DNA from: an uncultured virus (IMG/VR IMGVR_UViG_3300023237_000005)
Taxonomy: Duplodnaviria; Heunggongvirae; Uroviricota; Caudoviricetes
Reading direction: 5' to 3' (one strand)
Virus record (IMG/VR): IMGVR_UViG_3300023237_000005
DNA length: 64,000 nt
Shown: piece by piece, positions 27,400 to 37,575 of the stretch
How the letters are laid out: the number at the start of each line of letters is the position of its first letter
Position numbering within the stretch: position 1 is the stretch's first letter
Notes under the pieces: generated by a model
Told to the model about the DNA's origin: nothing
What the model saw: the letters and a program-made list of their open reading frames with translations, nothing else
Databases searched by the model: none
Program-made: the position numbers and the translations under genes

Positions 27400-29565
27400 A
27401 TGAAGCTCCACTCGATAGAATTTAAGAACTTCGCAAGTTATGGCAATAGAGTCCAAAAAATAGACTTTGAAGATGTTGGCAATTTGTACTTAGTGCTAGG
27501 AGAAAATGGAGCTGGCAAATGTCTTGCAAAAGATACTTCCATTAAAGTTAGCATCGATGACCCAGTTCTTCGAAATCAGTTTTTAGAGTTTATTAAGAAT
27601 AAGAAAGAATGTAAAATAGAAGTACATAAGTACTTTAAGCCAGACTCAAAAACAGAATGTAATATAGGTGATCTGTATGAGTTTAACATGCTTAATAATA
27701 GTGTAAGTGATGGAGCATTTGAAGTATGTACACGGCATGGTAAGAAAAAAGTCTTGGGCGTTGACATAACGGCGTACGATAGCATTCAGCACAAACTAAC
27801 AACTGATACCGGCAAAACTATAGCAAGTTCGCCAGATCATCTGTTCTTTTTTAATGACTGGAAAAAAGCCAAACTATTTAAAGTCGGAGATTGTATAGAG
27901 ACTGAAGATGGTATAGAGCATATAGTTGAAAATAAAATAATAGATGGTACTGCCGATCTATATGACATTGAAGTAGATGAAGTTAAAGAATTTTATGCAA
28001 ACAGATTTGTTTCTCATAACTCGTCCCTTGCTAAAGTCATAACTTATCTCTGTTATGGTAAAACTGAAGGTGCAAATATTAAAGATTTACCTAACCGTGT
28101 TAATGGTAGTATGTGGGGTAGAGTCATTATGACTTGTAAGAACAACCGAGTTGAGATTGAGAGAGGTGTAAGTCCAAGTATATTCACAGTCAAAGTTAAT
28201 GACGTTGAATATGATGTAGCAGGCAAGACTAATCTTCAAGACTTCTTAGAAACTGAAATATTCGATATTCCATACCATGTGTTTAAGAATGTAATTATAT
28301 TATCTGTAAACGACTTTAAGTCATTTATTACAATGTCCACAAGCGACAAGAAGCAAATCGTTGATAGAATTTTTGGGTTCTCTGCTATTAACGAAATGAA
28401 AGAGCTTGTTAAGAATAAGAGGAAGTTAATAGTTGAAGACATTAAAGTATTTGAAGAAGAGATCAAAACGCTCACAGATTCTATTGAGTCTGTAAAGCTG
28501 AAGCTTGATGAATTTGAAAAAGCTACTAATGATAAAAATACTGCGGAGATAAAGACTCTGAAGACTAGACTATTTGAACTTAATGAAAATAAGAAAAAGC
28601 TAGTAACAGCAAATGAAAGGGTTAGATCTATGATCGTTTCATCTACAGAAGAAGCTAAACGCAAAGTTCAAAAGCAACAAGATATTAAGAACGATATTGC
28701 TTCTCACAACAGAGCATTAAAGTTATATGAAAACAATTCGTGTCCAACGTGCAATGCATCTTTAGAATCTGAATTTCACGAAAAAGAAGAAGATAAACAC
28801 AAGTGTGCAATAGCCACACTTGGAACTAATCAAGAAACTATTAAAGCAGAAGTATTAATTGCTGAGGAAAATCTACAAACTGCAAGAGATAACAATAGAA
28901 AGATTATAACTCGTGCTGCTCAGCTTGATACTCAAATGGAACAGATTAAAACTGAGCTTATAAAGATATCAGAAAATAAAGGTCAAAATTCTATACATTT
29001 ACGTGATCTAATTGATGACTTTGATGTTAAGAAAGAATCAAGCCTAAGTGGTAAAACTTCTATTGAAGGAAAGAATTATTACCTATCATTACTTGAAACT
29101 ATTGTAGGTGAGGATGGTATTAAGAACCTAGCTGTCAAATCTATATTACCATCACTTAACAATCACGTAATGCTGATGGGTAAAGAGATGGGTATACCGT
29201 TTGGGGTAGTATTTGATGAGAAGTTTAATTGTGTACTCTATCATTTGGGCGAGGAGATAAATCCCAAGACACTATCAACAGGTGAGAAGAAGAAAGCAGA
29301 TTTCGTAATTATTATGGCATTAATAAAAATGATAAAGACAAGATTCCCTGGATTGAATATTCTGTTTTTGGACGAAATATTTTCATCTATAGATTCTTCT
29401 GGCATATACCATATCATTAATATCCTTCATCAGACCATCAAAGAAGCTAAGATCAACACATTTGTAATAAATCATACAGTATTACCATCAGAATATTTTG
29501 ATAAAAGACTTGAAATTAGCAAAGACTCCGGCTTTAGTGAATTTACTGTTGAAGACATTGGATAA
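27400..29565 (+). CDS. gp46: Recombination ATPase subunit (Rad50/SbcC), intein-containing
   Basis: GENGAGK|S, CPTC zinc hook, LSTGE signature, LDEIFSSID. Confidence 0.93.
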   Translation: MKLHSIEFKNFASYGNRVQKIDFEDVGNLYLVLGENGAGKCLAKDTSIKVSIDDPVLRNQFLEFIKNKKECKIEVHKYFKPDSKTECNIGDLYEFNMLNNSVSDGAFEVCTRHGKKKVLGVDITAYDSIQHKLTTDTGKTIASSPDHLFFFNDWKKAKLFKVGDCIETEDGIEHIVENKIIDGTADLYDIEVDEVKEFYANRFVSHNSSLAKVITYLCYGKTEGANIKDLPNRVNGSMWGRVIMTCKNNRVEIERGVSPSIFTVKVNDVEYDVAGKTNLQDFLETEIFDIPYHVFKNVIILSVNDFKSFITMSTSDKKQIVDRIFGFSAINEMKELVKNKRKLIVEDIKVFEEEIKTLTDSIESVKLKLDEFEKATNDKNTAEIKTLKTRLFELNENKKKLVTANERVRSMIVSSTEEAKRKVQKQQDIKNDIASHNRALKLYENNSCPTCNASLESEFHEKEEDKHKCAIATLGTNQETIKAEVLIAEENLQTARDNNRKIITRAAQLDTQMEQIKTELIKISENKGQNSIHLRDLIDDFDVKKESSLSGKTSIEGKNYYLSLLETIVGEDGIKNLAVKSILPSLNNHVMLMGKEMGIPFGVVFDEKFNCVLYHLGEEINPKTLSTGEKKKADFVIIMALIKMIKTRFPGLNILFLDEIFSSIDSSGIYHIINILHQTIKEAKINTFVINHTVLPSEYFDKRLEISKDSGFSEFTVEDIG
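27520..28020 (+). mobile_element. Contiguous mini-intein (167 aa) in the gp46 Walker A
   Basis: GAGK|CLAKDT...SSPDH...LYDIEV...FVSHN|SS. Confidence 0.92.
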
Positions 29566-29582
29566 ATACTAAAAGGTAATTT

Positions 29583-30506
29583 ATGTCAAGCTATAACGAG
29601 GAGTTCAATACAGACAACGTAATACTACGTTACATCTTAGTAGCAACACTTGCGGAGCTAAAAAACAAAGTCTATTTCTACAATCAAATAGATGAAGATA
29701 CGAATGTAAAGATAAACTTGCCATTCTTACCGTCTATTACTGGAAACGAAAGAATGTTAATGGACTTATTTAAGTTCAATGCAGAGGAGGCTGGTAAAGC
29801 TATTGGTGATTACGAAGTAGTTCCACGTGGAATGTTACAGTTGACTGGGCTAAATGTAGATGCTGGGAGTCAGACTAATAAATATGTTCGTTCAGAATTT
29901 GTTAGAGAATATGATGGGCAACTTAAAACCTTTTCACTTCAAACTGCATATGTTCCAATTAATATGTCATTTGATGTAACAGTAATATGTTCAAATCAAT
30001 TGGAGATGTTTAAAGTTACTGAAGCAATTATAAGTAAATTGTATAAGACTAGTTATTTTCAAGTAGATCTTGGTATGATGAGGATTGAAGGTTCACTTGA
30101 AGTACCTGAAGATTATGCCCAGAATAGACTATACGAATTTGGATTAAGTGATAAGAAAGAATTTGAAGTTACTTTCCCACTAGAAGTTAAATCATTTATG
30201 CCAGTATTTGAAGGTGGTATTCTATTAGCAGAGCTTATTACACTTATAAAAGATACTCCAGACAATCCTAACCGGGATGGTATTGGGATGTTAAGAGATG
30301 GTGAAATACGATTTGGTGGTGTAATTCAAAAGGCTATTTACACTGTTGATGACTTAAATAAGGCGCCAGGAATAGGAATATGGAGTAACTTAGAAACACC
30401 TCCAGATCCTGATAGTGTTCCATTTTTAGACGGTGAAGTAGATTCAGCTGTAGATCCACATGAAAATGATAAAAGTAAACAGTTCAGAAACGATGATACT
30501 GAATAA
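29583..30506 (+). CDS. Tail completion/sheath stabiliser (gp15-like)
   Basis: ILRYILVA, VVPRG, YVPINMSFDVTVI..NQLEMFKVTEAI; late box at 29561. Confidence 0.6.
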   Translation: MSSYNEEFNTDNVILRYILVATLAELKNKVYFYNQIDEDTNVKINLPFLPSITGNERMLMDLFKFNAEEAGKAIGDYEVVPRGMLQLTGLNVDAGSQTNKYVRSEFVREYDGQLKTFSLQTAYVPINMSFDVTVICSNQLEMFKVTEAIISKLYKTSYFQVDLGMMRIEGSLEVPEDYAQNRLYEFGLSDKKEFEVTFPLEVKSFMPVFEGGILLAELITLIKDTPDNPNRDGIGMLRDGEIRFGGVIQKAIYTVDDLNKAPGIGIWSNLETPPDPDSVPFLDGEVDSAVDPHENDKSKQFRNDDTE

Positions 30507-30556
30507 GAAACAAACTCATAATATGTCCTTGATATATAAACCAAATCAGTCACTTA

Positions 30557-32434
30557 ATGAACAAGCTTAACGAAGGACAGACTCAAGTATATGCAGACGG
30601 GCATGTTGATCCACAGTATGGAGTCAATACCGGAGCGCCATATTTGAATAATCCACCACAACAACTTCTAGACATTGCCACCGAATTCTTTAAGAGCGGT
30701 AAGTCTGAAGCACAAGTATTAGCAATCTTAGTAGGGATGGGCACTAAACAACAACTTGCTCTTTCTGCAATTCAAGCATTAAGAGGGCGGGGGCCAATGA
30801 CAGAAACACAACAAAAAAATCATACAAATATGAAATTCACACTCGTTGATCTATACGAAAATGTGGTGAACACAATCGATAAGCTTGAGACTTTATCTGC
30901 AGATAAGTCTAGAGTATCTTATTCAACTAAGCAAGCTAAAGATCTTCTTGAAAGCGCTTTAGGTATGTTCCCAGAAATGACTATTAACTCTAATATCATT
31001 GCTAAATTAACTACGGAAGAAATTGCGACTATAAAAAGTCAAGATGATCCAAGAGCAACTTGGCTAACTTTAGTAGATGAAAAAGTTACTCCAGTTTTAA
31101 AATACAATATCGCAAAGGCTATTCATAACACTTCTGCTATTCACGATTGGGTAAAGCCAATCAGTGAACTAAGAGGATATATTGATAATATGTATGCAAC
31201 CCATACTTTTTCATTTAAAGTAAATGAAGCTGTATTAAGTATTGGAACTCGTAACAATCCGCTAGATGGCAAATTAGCTGTTGAATTAACAACACTTCTT
31301 AACGAAACTGAAGATGTAATTAAAGCTGGCTTTGAAAGCATAGCTGCTAAGAATCCTTGGTCAGCTGAGTGTAAAGCAATCCTCAACGAAATGAAAGCTG
31401 AAGCGCAAGGCGCAGACCAAGCAAGAGCAGTTGTTCTAAAAACATTTACACCAATCCTTACGGAAGGGACCACTGTGATTTTTAATCTTCACGGTTCAAC
31501 CTTTGGATTTGATGGAACTGAAGTAACAGAAGCTAACGTTACCGATTCGCGATTCGGACAAGTAAGAGAAGGATTGGAAATGTTTAAACAATCAGGAAAT
31601 TCATTAGTACTATTCGGTGAAGCTGAAAGCGCACTTAAAATTGACTTAACAGAAGGCACAATTGGTTTAGGTAAAATTGATCTATCTGAGAAAACATCCC
31701 AAGAAATTAAAGAATCATTACTTGCGAGTAAATTCTTTAGTGCACGTAACGCTTGGGAAGCAGATAAAGTTGCAGCTATGATAGAACATTTAGACATGGT
31801 CGCTGAAATGGACACAGCATTATCACTTACAAGTACAGAGTTCTTAAATGTGTATCTTACTATGTTAGCTGTTGAAAGTAACGGTGGAGTATGGATGCAC
31901 AAGGTAAACCCAGCAATGAGTTTAAACGAAATGAAATTCTATCCAACTGCAACTAAAGCACTAAAAGAAGCTAAAGACTTTATTGGATATGATGCAACTT
32001 CATATCTATCTAAAAGTTTAATAGCAGAAGGTGAGGCTTCAGCAATCGTTGAACACAAACGAACTGTTATTGATAGCGAAATAAGCTTCTTAGAAGAAAA
32101 GAAAGAAGTTATTACTGCTGCTATTAAACGAATTGGTATAAGCGAAGAGCTAACTGAAGCACTTGGACTTGTCGAAGGAGCTCTATCTAAAAAAGAACAA
32201 GAACTTCAAGCAACATATATCGTTGAAAAAAAAACTAAGCGTGATTATCTAAACGATGGTTATGCGGAAGCTATAATGAGTATTGATAGTGGAGCGTTTA
32301 AAAAAGGCCAAGAGGTTATGGTAAATGCTGAAGAATATTCTTCATTGGGTGATGATGGTTTGATTGATGTAGTTGATGCAAATACTATGGAATCAGAATA
32401 CATTGAAAGAGGAAAGCTTAAGGTTAAAATTTAA
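30557..32434 (+). CDS. Large hypothetical late (probably head) protein
   Basis: Late box at 30531; many (L/I/V)xE sites; coiled-coil C-terminal part. Confidence 0.55.
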   Translation: MNKLNEGQTQVYADGHVDPQYGVNTGAPYLNNPPQQLLDIATEFFKSGKSEAQVLAILVGMGTKQQLALSAIQALRGRGPMTETQQKNHTNMKFTLVDLYENVVNTIDKLETLSADKSRVSYSTKQAKDLLESALGMFPEMTINSNIIAKLTTEEIATIKSQDDPRATWLTLVDEKVTPVLKYNIAKAIHNTSAIHDWVKPISELRGYIDNMYATHTFSFKVNEAVLSIGTRNNPLDGKLAVELTTLLNETEDVIKAGFESIAAKNPWSAECKAILNEMKAEAQGADQARAVVLKTFTPILTEGTTVIFNLHGSTFGFDGTEVTEANVTDSRFGQVREGLEMFKQSGNSLVLFGEAESALKIDLTEGTIGLGKIDLSEKTSQEIKESLLASKFFSARNAWEADKVAAMIEHLDMVAEMDTALSLTSTEFLNVYLTMLAVESNGGVWMHKVNPAMSLNEMKFYPTATKALKEAKDFIGYDATSYLSKSLIAEGEASAIVEHKRTVIDSEISFLEEKKEVITAAIKRIGISEELTEALGLVEGALSKKEQELQATYIVEKKTKRDYLNDGYAEAIMSIDSGAFKKGQEVMVNAEEYSSLGDDGLIDVVDANTMESEYIERGKLKVKI

Positions 32435-32460
32435 GTTGCATATTTATACATAATGAATTG

Positions 32461-32488
32461 GGCCGGGAAAGAACTTCTCGGCCTTTTT
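32461..32488 (+). terminator. Rho-independent terminator overlapping a middle-type promoter
   Basis: GGCCGGGAA...TTCTCGGCC TTTTT; GAAC-N17-TATAAC at 32471-32497. Confidence 0.7.
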
Positions 32489-32526
32489 GCATATAACTAG
32501 TATATTAACATTAAACTTTAACAAAG

Positions 32527-32892
32527 ATGGCACGTAAACGAAACTATCTAAATAACAAAGATCTTGTTGCTGAGATTATAGCATCTAAAGAGCAAGACGA
32601 ACTAACGCCTAAGGCACTGAAAATGTTAATGATGTTGGCAGACAGATCTTCAAATAGATTACCGTATAATAATCCTGACGATAAGCAAGATTGCATAGCA
32701 TGGGCTTATATGGATCTATATAAATATTGGAGGAACTTCAATCCTGAAAAAAGTACTAACGCTTTTTCATATTTCACAGAGATATGCAAACGTGGTTTTG
32801 CTAAAGGCTGGAATGCACTTCATCCAAAAAAGTACAAAGGAACTATTTCAATTAACGGTTCAGTTGATGGTGATGGGCTTTATTCATTTTAA
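32527..32892 (+). CDS. gp55: Late-transcription sigma factor (gp55-like)
   Basis: NYLNNKDL, NFNPEKSTNAFSYFTEI...F. Confidence 0.85.
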   Translation: MARKRNYLNNKDLVAEIIASKEQDELTPKALKMLMMLADRSSNRLPYNNPDDKQDCIAWAYMDLYKYWRNFNPEKSTNAFSYFTEICKRGFAKGWNALHPKKYKGTISINGSVDGDGLYSF

Positions 32893-32894
32893 AC

Positions 32895-33386
32895 ATGAGC
32901 ATAAAAAAGGTTAAACCTACATCCAAATCGAAATTCAAGCAGGGGTATTACACTCCTAAGTTTATTACTAAGTATAACGGTGTTATGCCGATTATTTATA
33001 GGAGTAGCTGGGAACGTAAGTTCTGTCATTGGTGTGATCATAATGAAGATGTTATATCTTGGATGAGTGAACCTTTCTCTGTTAAGTACTTCGATATTCT
33101 CACTAAAAAATTCCGCAACTACTATCCTGATTTTTACATTAGAATGAAACGAGGGGAAGAGAATGGAGTTCCGATAATTCAGAACTATGCAATAGAAGTA
33201 AAGCCAAAGGCACAACTTAAAAAACCAAAAGAACCAAAGCGCAAGACTCCAAAAACTATGGCTAACTATAAGTGGATATACGAACAGTATGTCAAAAACT
33301 TATGTAAGAACGATGCACTACAGAAAGCTGGCAAATTGGCCAACTTCAAAGTAATGCTGATTACAGAAGATTCTAAAATATTCTAA
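32895..33386 (+). CDS. gp4: Head completion nuclease (gp4-like, TnsA fold)
   Basis: QGYYTPK...KY.G, YRSSWERKF..WCD, YYPDF, EVKP, ITE. Confidence 0.88.
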   Translation: MSIKKVKPTSKSKFKQGYYTPKFITKYNGVMPIIYRSSWERKFCHWCDHNEDVISWMSEPFSVKYFDILTKKFRNYYPDFYIRMKRGEENGVPIIQNYAIEVKPKAQLKKPKEPKRKTPKTMANYKWIYEQYVKNLCKNDALQKAGKLANFKVMLITEDSKIF

Positions 33387-33955
33387 TGGCTGATAGTCTT
33401 AAGGAAAGCATATCTGACTATACGAAGGCAAACGGTGGAAAATCTGGCGCATCTAAAGCTAGCCAATCTCAACTTAACATCCTTGGTGACACTTATTCTG
33501 GAAGATTCCAGTACGGAAAGATGTATTCGTTTCGGTACTTTACACCTAAACCAATATCCTATGACTCCAATCCAATTGTAATAGGCCTAGGCCCAAGCAC
33601 AGATGGAAACGAACTGGGTTTGAATTTGCATTATTTACCTTACGCTGTAAGGAAAACATTCCTAGATAGAATCTGGCAAAGTTATTCTAATGTGATAGAA
33701 TCAAATCTTGCTTACTCAGGCAAGCCTAGAAATCAATCACCTCTCCCAGGATTTAATTGGAATAACTTAAAGAATGCTTATGGTAATCATATCAATTTAG
33801 AACACTGTGTTCATCAATATAAACTTGGACGAATACGAAATATGAGAATGTTAGGATACGAAGATTGGTATATCGCCGCTGCTAACGATGAAAATAGATT
33901 TGTCGGAAAAAGTATTAGTCAAGCTCAAGCGCTTTATTACAACACTGATATATAA
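33386..33955 (+). CDS. gp2: DNA end protector (gp2-like)
   Basis: GKMYSFRY, YDSNP, GLNLHYLP...R. Confidence 0.75.
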   Translation: MADSLKESISDYTKANGGKSGASKASQSQLNILGDTYSGRFQYGKMYSFRYFTPKPISYDSNPIVIGLGPSTDGNELGLNLHYLPYAVRKTFLDRIWQSYSNVIESNLAYSGKPRNQSPLPGFNWNNLKNAYGNHINLEHCVHQYKLGRIRNMRMLGYEDWYIAAANDENRFVGKSISQAQALYYNTDI

Positions 33956-33972
33956 CTCAAGGAAGGAAACAC

Positions 33973-35607
33973 ATGGCTGGATTTACAAATAGAAAGGGAC
34001 CTCTAACAGGAGGCAATCCTGTTACTAAGGCATTGAAAGATTTATCTAATCTAGGCATGGCTTACGATGACATGGTCATACGTAATTCACGCGCAGTCGG
34101 TTTTACTGAAAACCAATTCGGATATACGATGAATCCGATGGGTAATGATGCAGATGACATTTATTCACCGTTCGCGGCTATGTCATTAACTGATACAACA
34201 CTTAAAAAGAATATCTCATTCTTTGATAAGCAATACGCTGAAAAGATAAAAAAATATAGAACATTTGCAGTTCAAGATGAGTTAGAAGAAATCTTAGATG
34301 TTTTGTGCGACGAAGCAATCGTATTTGATGAATCTAATTACTGTGGGTATGGTAACTTCAGTGGTCAAATTTCAAATGCAATAGAGGAAGAAATAGGAGA
34401 TGTATACAATAATATATATAACTATTTTGGATTTAATGATGCACTAAGTATTTGGAACTACTTTAGAAAATGGTTAGTCGATGGTTATATTGCATTTGAG
34501 ATTGTTTATAACGATGATCAAACAGAAGTAATCGGGTTTAAAGAATTAGATCCTCAGTCGTTAGTGCCAGGGATTGATACAACCACGGGAAAGAAACAGT
34601 GGACTCAATATCCTGGCGGAGGTGTAAAAGAAAAGCAACTGTGGGACTCTCAAGTAATCTATATATCTTATTCCCAAGTAAACTCACCACAAAGAACATC
34701 ATATATTGAAAGACTAATTAGATCATTCAATATGTTGAGGATTATGGAACATACCAGAATTATCTGGGCTGTTACTAACGCATCCTTTAAAACCAAATTT
34801 GTAATACCAGTTGGTGGTAAATCTAAAACGAGAGCTAAGCAATCACTTGCATCTCTTATGAATAGTTACCGAGAAGTTGTTGACTTCGACTTCGATAGTG
34901 GTGAAATGAATACGAATGGAAATCCAATGATGCCATTCAATAAGGAATATTGGTTACCCTCTAAAGATGGCGAGCAACCTGAAATTGAAAACATTGGCGG
35001 TGACGGTCCAGATCTTGGCGATACAGAATCTTTATCATATTTCTCAGATAGATTAAAACTAGCTTCAAAAATTCCATTCTCTAGATTTGACAGAGAAGGT
35101 GGTTCTGTTTGGGACTTGGAAGCAAGTGGTATGATGAGAGATGAAATTAAATTTGCTAAATTTATTAACCGTTTACGATCAATCTTCCAGGAAATATTAG
35201 TTAAGCCGCTTTATATTCAAATGTGTCTTAATCATCCTGAACTTCAGAAGGATGTGTCTTTTAAATCTGGGCTTGGTTTAAATTGGGTAAAAGATAATGT
35301 ATTCGAAGAATTAAAAGAAATGGAATTAATGACACTCCGAGTTGACTTTATCGGTAACGTTAAGACTCAATTGAGTGAAATGGATGCAGAAATGACAGAA
35401 ATTCCATATTTCAGTTTGCCTTGGTTAGTGAAACGATACGGTGGATTTACTCAGGATGATCTAAAAGCTAACGCTAGATCAATGACACGAATTGATCTAG
35501 AGAAAGAAGGGTTTGCAGAACAGGACATAGAAAAGATACTGCTAGGAGCTAATAAAAAAGATTTTGAGGCCGAATCTGAACCTGACCCTATGGATGAATT
35601 TGAATAA
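33973..35607 (+). CDS. gp20: Portal protein
   Basis: WLVDG, ELDP, SYIERLIRSFNMLRIME, EYWLP, KIPFSRF, RDEIKFAKFINRLR. Confidence 0.93.
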   Translation: MAGFTNRKGPLTGGNPVTKALKDLSNLGMAYDDMVIRNSRAVGFTENQFGYTMNPMGNDADDIYSPFAAMSLTDTTLKKNISFFDKQYAEKIKKYRTFAVQDELEEILDVLCDEAIVFDESNYCGYGNFSGQISNAIEEEIGDVYNNIYNYFGFNDALSIWNYFRKWLVDGYIAFEIVYNDDQTEVIGFKELDPQSLVPGIDTTTGKKQWTQYPGGGVKEKQLWDSQVIYISYSQVNSPQRTSYIERLIRSFNMLRIMEHTRIIWAVTNASFKTKFVIPVGGKSKTRAKQSLASLMNSYREVVDFDFDSGEMNTNGNPMMPFNKEYWLPSKDGEQPEIENIGGDGPDLGDTESLSYFSDRLKLASKIPFSRFDREGGSVWDLEASGMMRDEIKFAKFINRLRSIFQEILVKPLYIQMCLNHPELQKDVSFKSGLGLNWVKDNVFEELKEMELMTLRVDFIGNVKTQLSEMDAEMTEIPYFSLPWLVKRYGGFTQDDLKANARSMTRIDLEKEGFAEQDIEKILLGANKKDFEAESEPDPMDEFE

Positions 35608-35680
35608 TTTTAGAATACGAACTAGCACAATCTAGTTTCAGAGAAGACTACATAATATATAAAACAAATAATAAACAAAC

Positions 35681-37414
35681 ATGGGAGTTAAGAACCTACT
35701 TATACTAGAAAGATCTACGGCGGATTTAGCCGCAACTACAAATTCTGACGGTAGTGTAATTTTAGAAGGTATATTCACAGAGCTCGGAGTTAAGAATAAG
35801 AATAACAGGATTTACGAAGTTGAGGAAGTGTTACCACACATCAAAGAACTACAAGCTAAAGTTAAGACAAAAAAGCTTCTAGGTGAACTTGATCATCCAA
35901 AAGACTTTGATATTAGTTTATCAAACGTATCTCATGTTATCGAAGAGTTAACTTACGATGAAGTGAAGAAACAAGTACGAGGTAGAATTCGACTTTTAAA
36001 TACTACTAAAGGCAAGGAAGCAAAAGCACTTATCGAAGATGGTATTCCGCTTCACATTTCCTCAAGAGCAGCAGGAACAGTTGGTTCAGATAACCGAGTT
36101 AAAATCAAGAGATGGTTTACTTACGACTTAGTTGCAGATCCTGGATTTGAAAATGCAGAATTATCAAGAGTAAACGAGTCATATGGTTTTGACAATGACA
36201 ATTTATTTATTTACGAAATAGACAAACCGATATATAAAATAGAAGAAACAAAATCAGAAGAAATGACTGGAGATGAAAAATATGTACTTGCTGAGGATTT
36301 TAATAAGTATACAGAATACTTAAAGGATAAAATCACAAAGTTAGAGGAAGCAGCAGCTACCGAAGATAATTCAAAATTAGAAAAACTTATTCAATATTCT
36401 AACACTATTGCCGAAAAGGTTAATGGGATTGTTGAAAGTATAGAAGGTCTTGATGAATCTCAAGAGAAGAATGTAACTTATTCTAATTACCTCGCAGAAA
36501 ACTTAAGGCTGATTAAAGAATACACAGGATACCTTGGAGAAGAACTAGATTTAAGTATTCAATACACTGGACATGTAGCAGATAAAGCTGATAAAGGAAT
36601 TCAGTATTCTGAGGAAGTTGCAGAGAAAGCTGACCAAGCAATACGATTTGGTAATTACCTTGCAGAAGGACTTAACAAAGGAATTTTATATGCTGAGCAT
36701 CTTGGTGTAAAACTTGATGAAAGTATAGCATACGCTGAATACCTTAAAGAAGGAGTTCAACGAGGAATTAATTACGCTGAGTATATGGCTGAGCAGATCA
36801 ACGAAGAATACGACAAAGCACTATTGGAAAAGAATGGTACTAAAGTTACAGCATTAACTGAATCTGTTCAATTTACAGAAAAAGCTGAAGAATATAAAAA
36901 TTCATTGACTGAAAGTATTGATTCTTTAATTGCAAAGGCAGAAGCTAAGAACGTAAGTGAATTGGTGTTTTTAAACTTCTTAGGTGAAGGTAAGAAAAGA
37001 GAGTTCGAAGCACTAACGGAAGATGTTAAAGGTAGAGTAATCACTAAGATGAATGAATCTACGATTATGAGTTCTATTGATGCACATAACGTTTGGGAAT
37101 CATGTTTCATGGTTGCAGAAAACAAACCAAGTGTTATTGATGATATGCCAGCGAAGTATCATGATAAATGGAATAAACTATCTGAAGCTAGAAAAACTCA
37201 AATTATCGCAGAATCTAATTTCTATCCTGTTGATACGTCATATCAAATTAATAACTTCTGGGCAACGCGCGATTTGAGAGATAAGCAAATGATAAGTGAA
37301 AAACTTAATGAAAATTCAACTGCAGTAGGTGGAGAGGTTAAAAACCAATATGCAATTTCTGCTGAACAAAGAGCTGATATTGTTAGCAAAATGAAATTTA
37401 GCTTAAATCGTTAA
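35681..37414 (+). CDS. gp21: Prohead protease fused to a scaffold/core coiled-coil
   Basis: NKNNRIY, LGELDHP, VSHVI, ISSRAAG, YDLVADPGF; then 14-residue Y.EY..E..D..I repeats. Confidence 0.88.
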   Translation: MGVKNLLILERSTADLAATTNSDGSVILEGIFTELGVKNKNNRIYEVEEVLPHIKELQAKVKTKKLLGELDHPKDFDISLSNVSHVIEELTYDEVKKQVRGRIRLLNTTKGKEAKALIEDGIPLHISSRAAGTVGSDNRVKIKRWFTYDLVADPGFENAELSRVNESYGFDNDNLFIYEIDKPIYKIEETKSEEMTGDEKYVLAEDFNKYTEYLKDKITKLEEAAATEDNSKLEKLIQYSNTIAEKVNGIVESIEGLDESQEKNVTYSNYLAENLRLIKEYTGYLGEELDLSIQYTGHVADKADKGIQYSEEVAEKADQAIRFGNYLAEGLNKGILYAEHLGVKLDESIAYAEYLKEGVQRGINYAEYMAEQINEEYDKALLEKNGTKVTALTESVQFTEKAEEYKNSLTESIDSLIAKAEAKNVSELVFLNFLGEGKKREFEALTEDVKGRVITKMNESTIMSSIDAHNVWESCFMVAENKPSVIDDMPAKYHDKWNKLSEARKTQIIAESNFYPVDTSYQINNFWATRDLRDKQMISEKLNENSTAVGGEVKNQYAISAEQRADIVSKMKFSLNR

Positions 37415-37436
37415 TAATTCTTAACTATTTATACTT

Positions 37437-37466
37437 AAAGTGGATCTTAATCGATCCACTTTTTTT
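37437..37466 (+). terminator. Rho-independent terminator
   Basis: AAAGTGGATC-loop-GATCCACTTT plus T run. Confidence 0.8.
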
Positions 37467-37496
37467 ATGCTTTAGAAAAAAGGTCAATAAACCATT

Positions 37497-37504
37497 GATA
37501 TATA
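37497..37504 (+). promoter_or_regulatory. Late promoter box RATA(T/A)ATA (representative of more than 20 copies)
   Basis: GATATATA/AATATATA/GATAAATA just upstream of portal, protease, MCP, sheath, tube, endonucleases, tmRNA and other genes. Confidence 0.8.
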
Positions 37505-37575
37505 ATTCATAATCACAACTGTTAAGAAGCAAAAGACAGTAGGTTAAGAAAATAGCGAAAAAAATAAAAATTAAA

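Noticed and set aside
30800..30832. A-rich leader and in-frame ATG at 30830 as an internal start
   Set aside because: No promoter box nearby and A-rich stretches are common; too weak to support
3601..35633. 12-mer CTAGCACAATCT at 3601 and 35622, and a weak NrdR-box resemblance near 3592
   Set aside because: A 12-bp match is expected by chance in 64 kb and the NrdR match is poor
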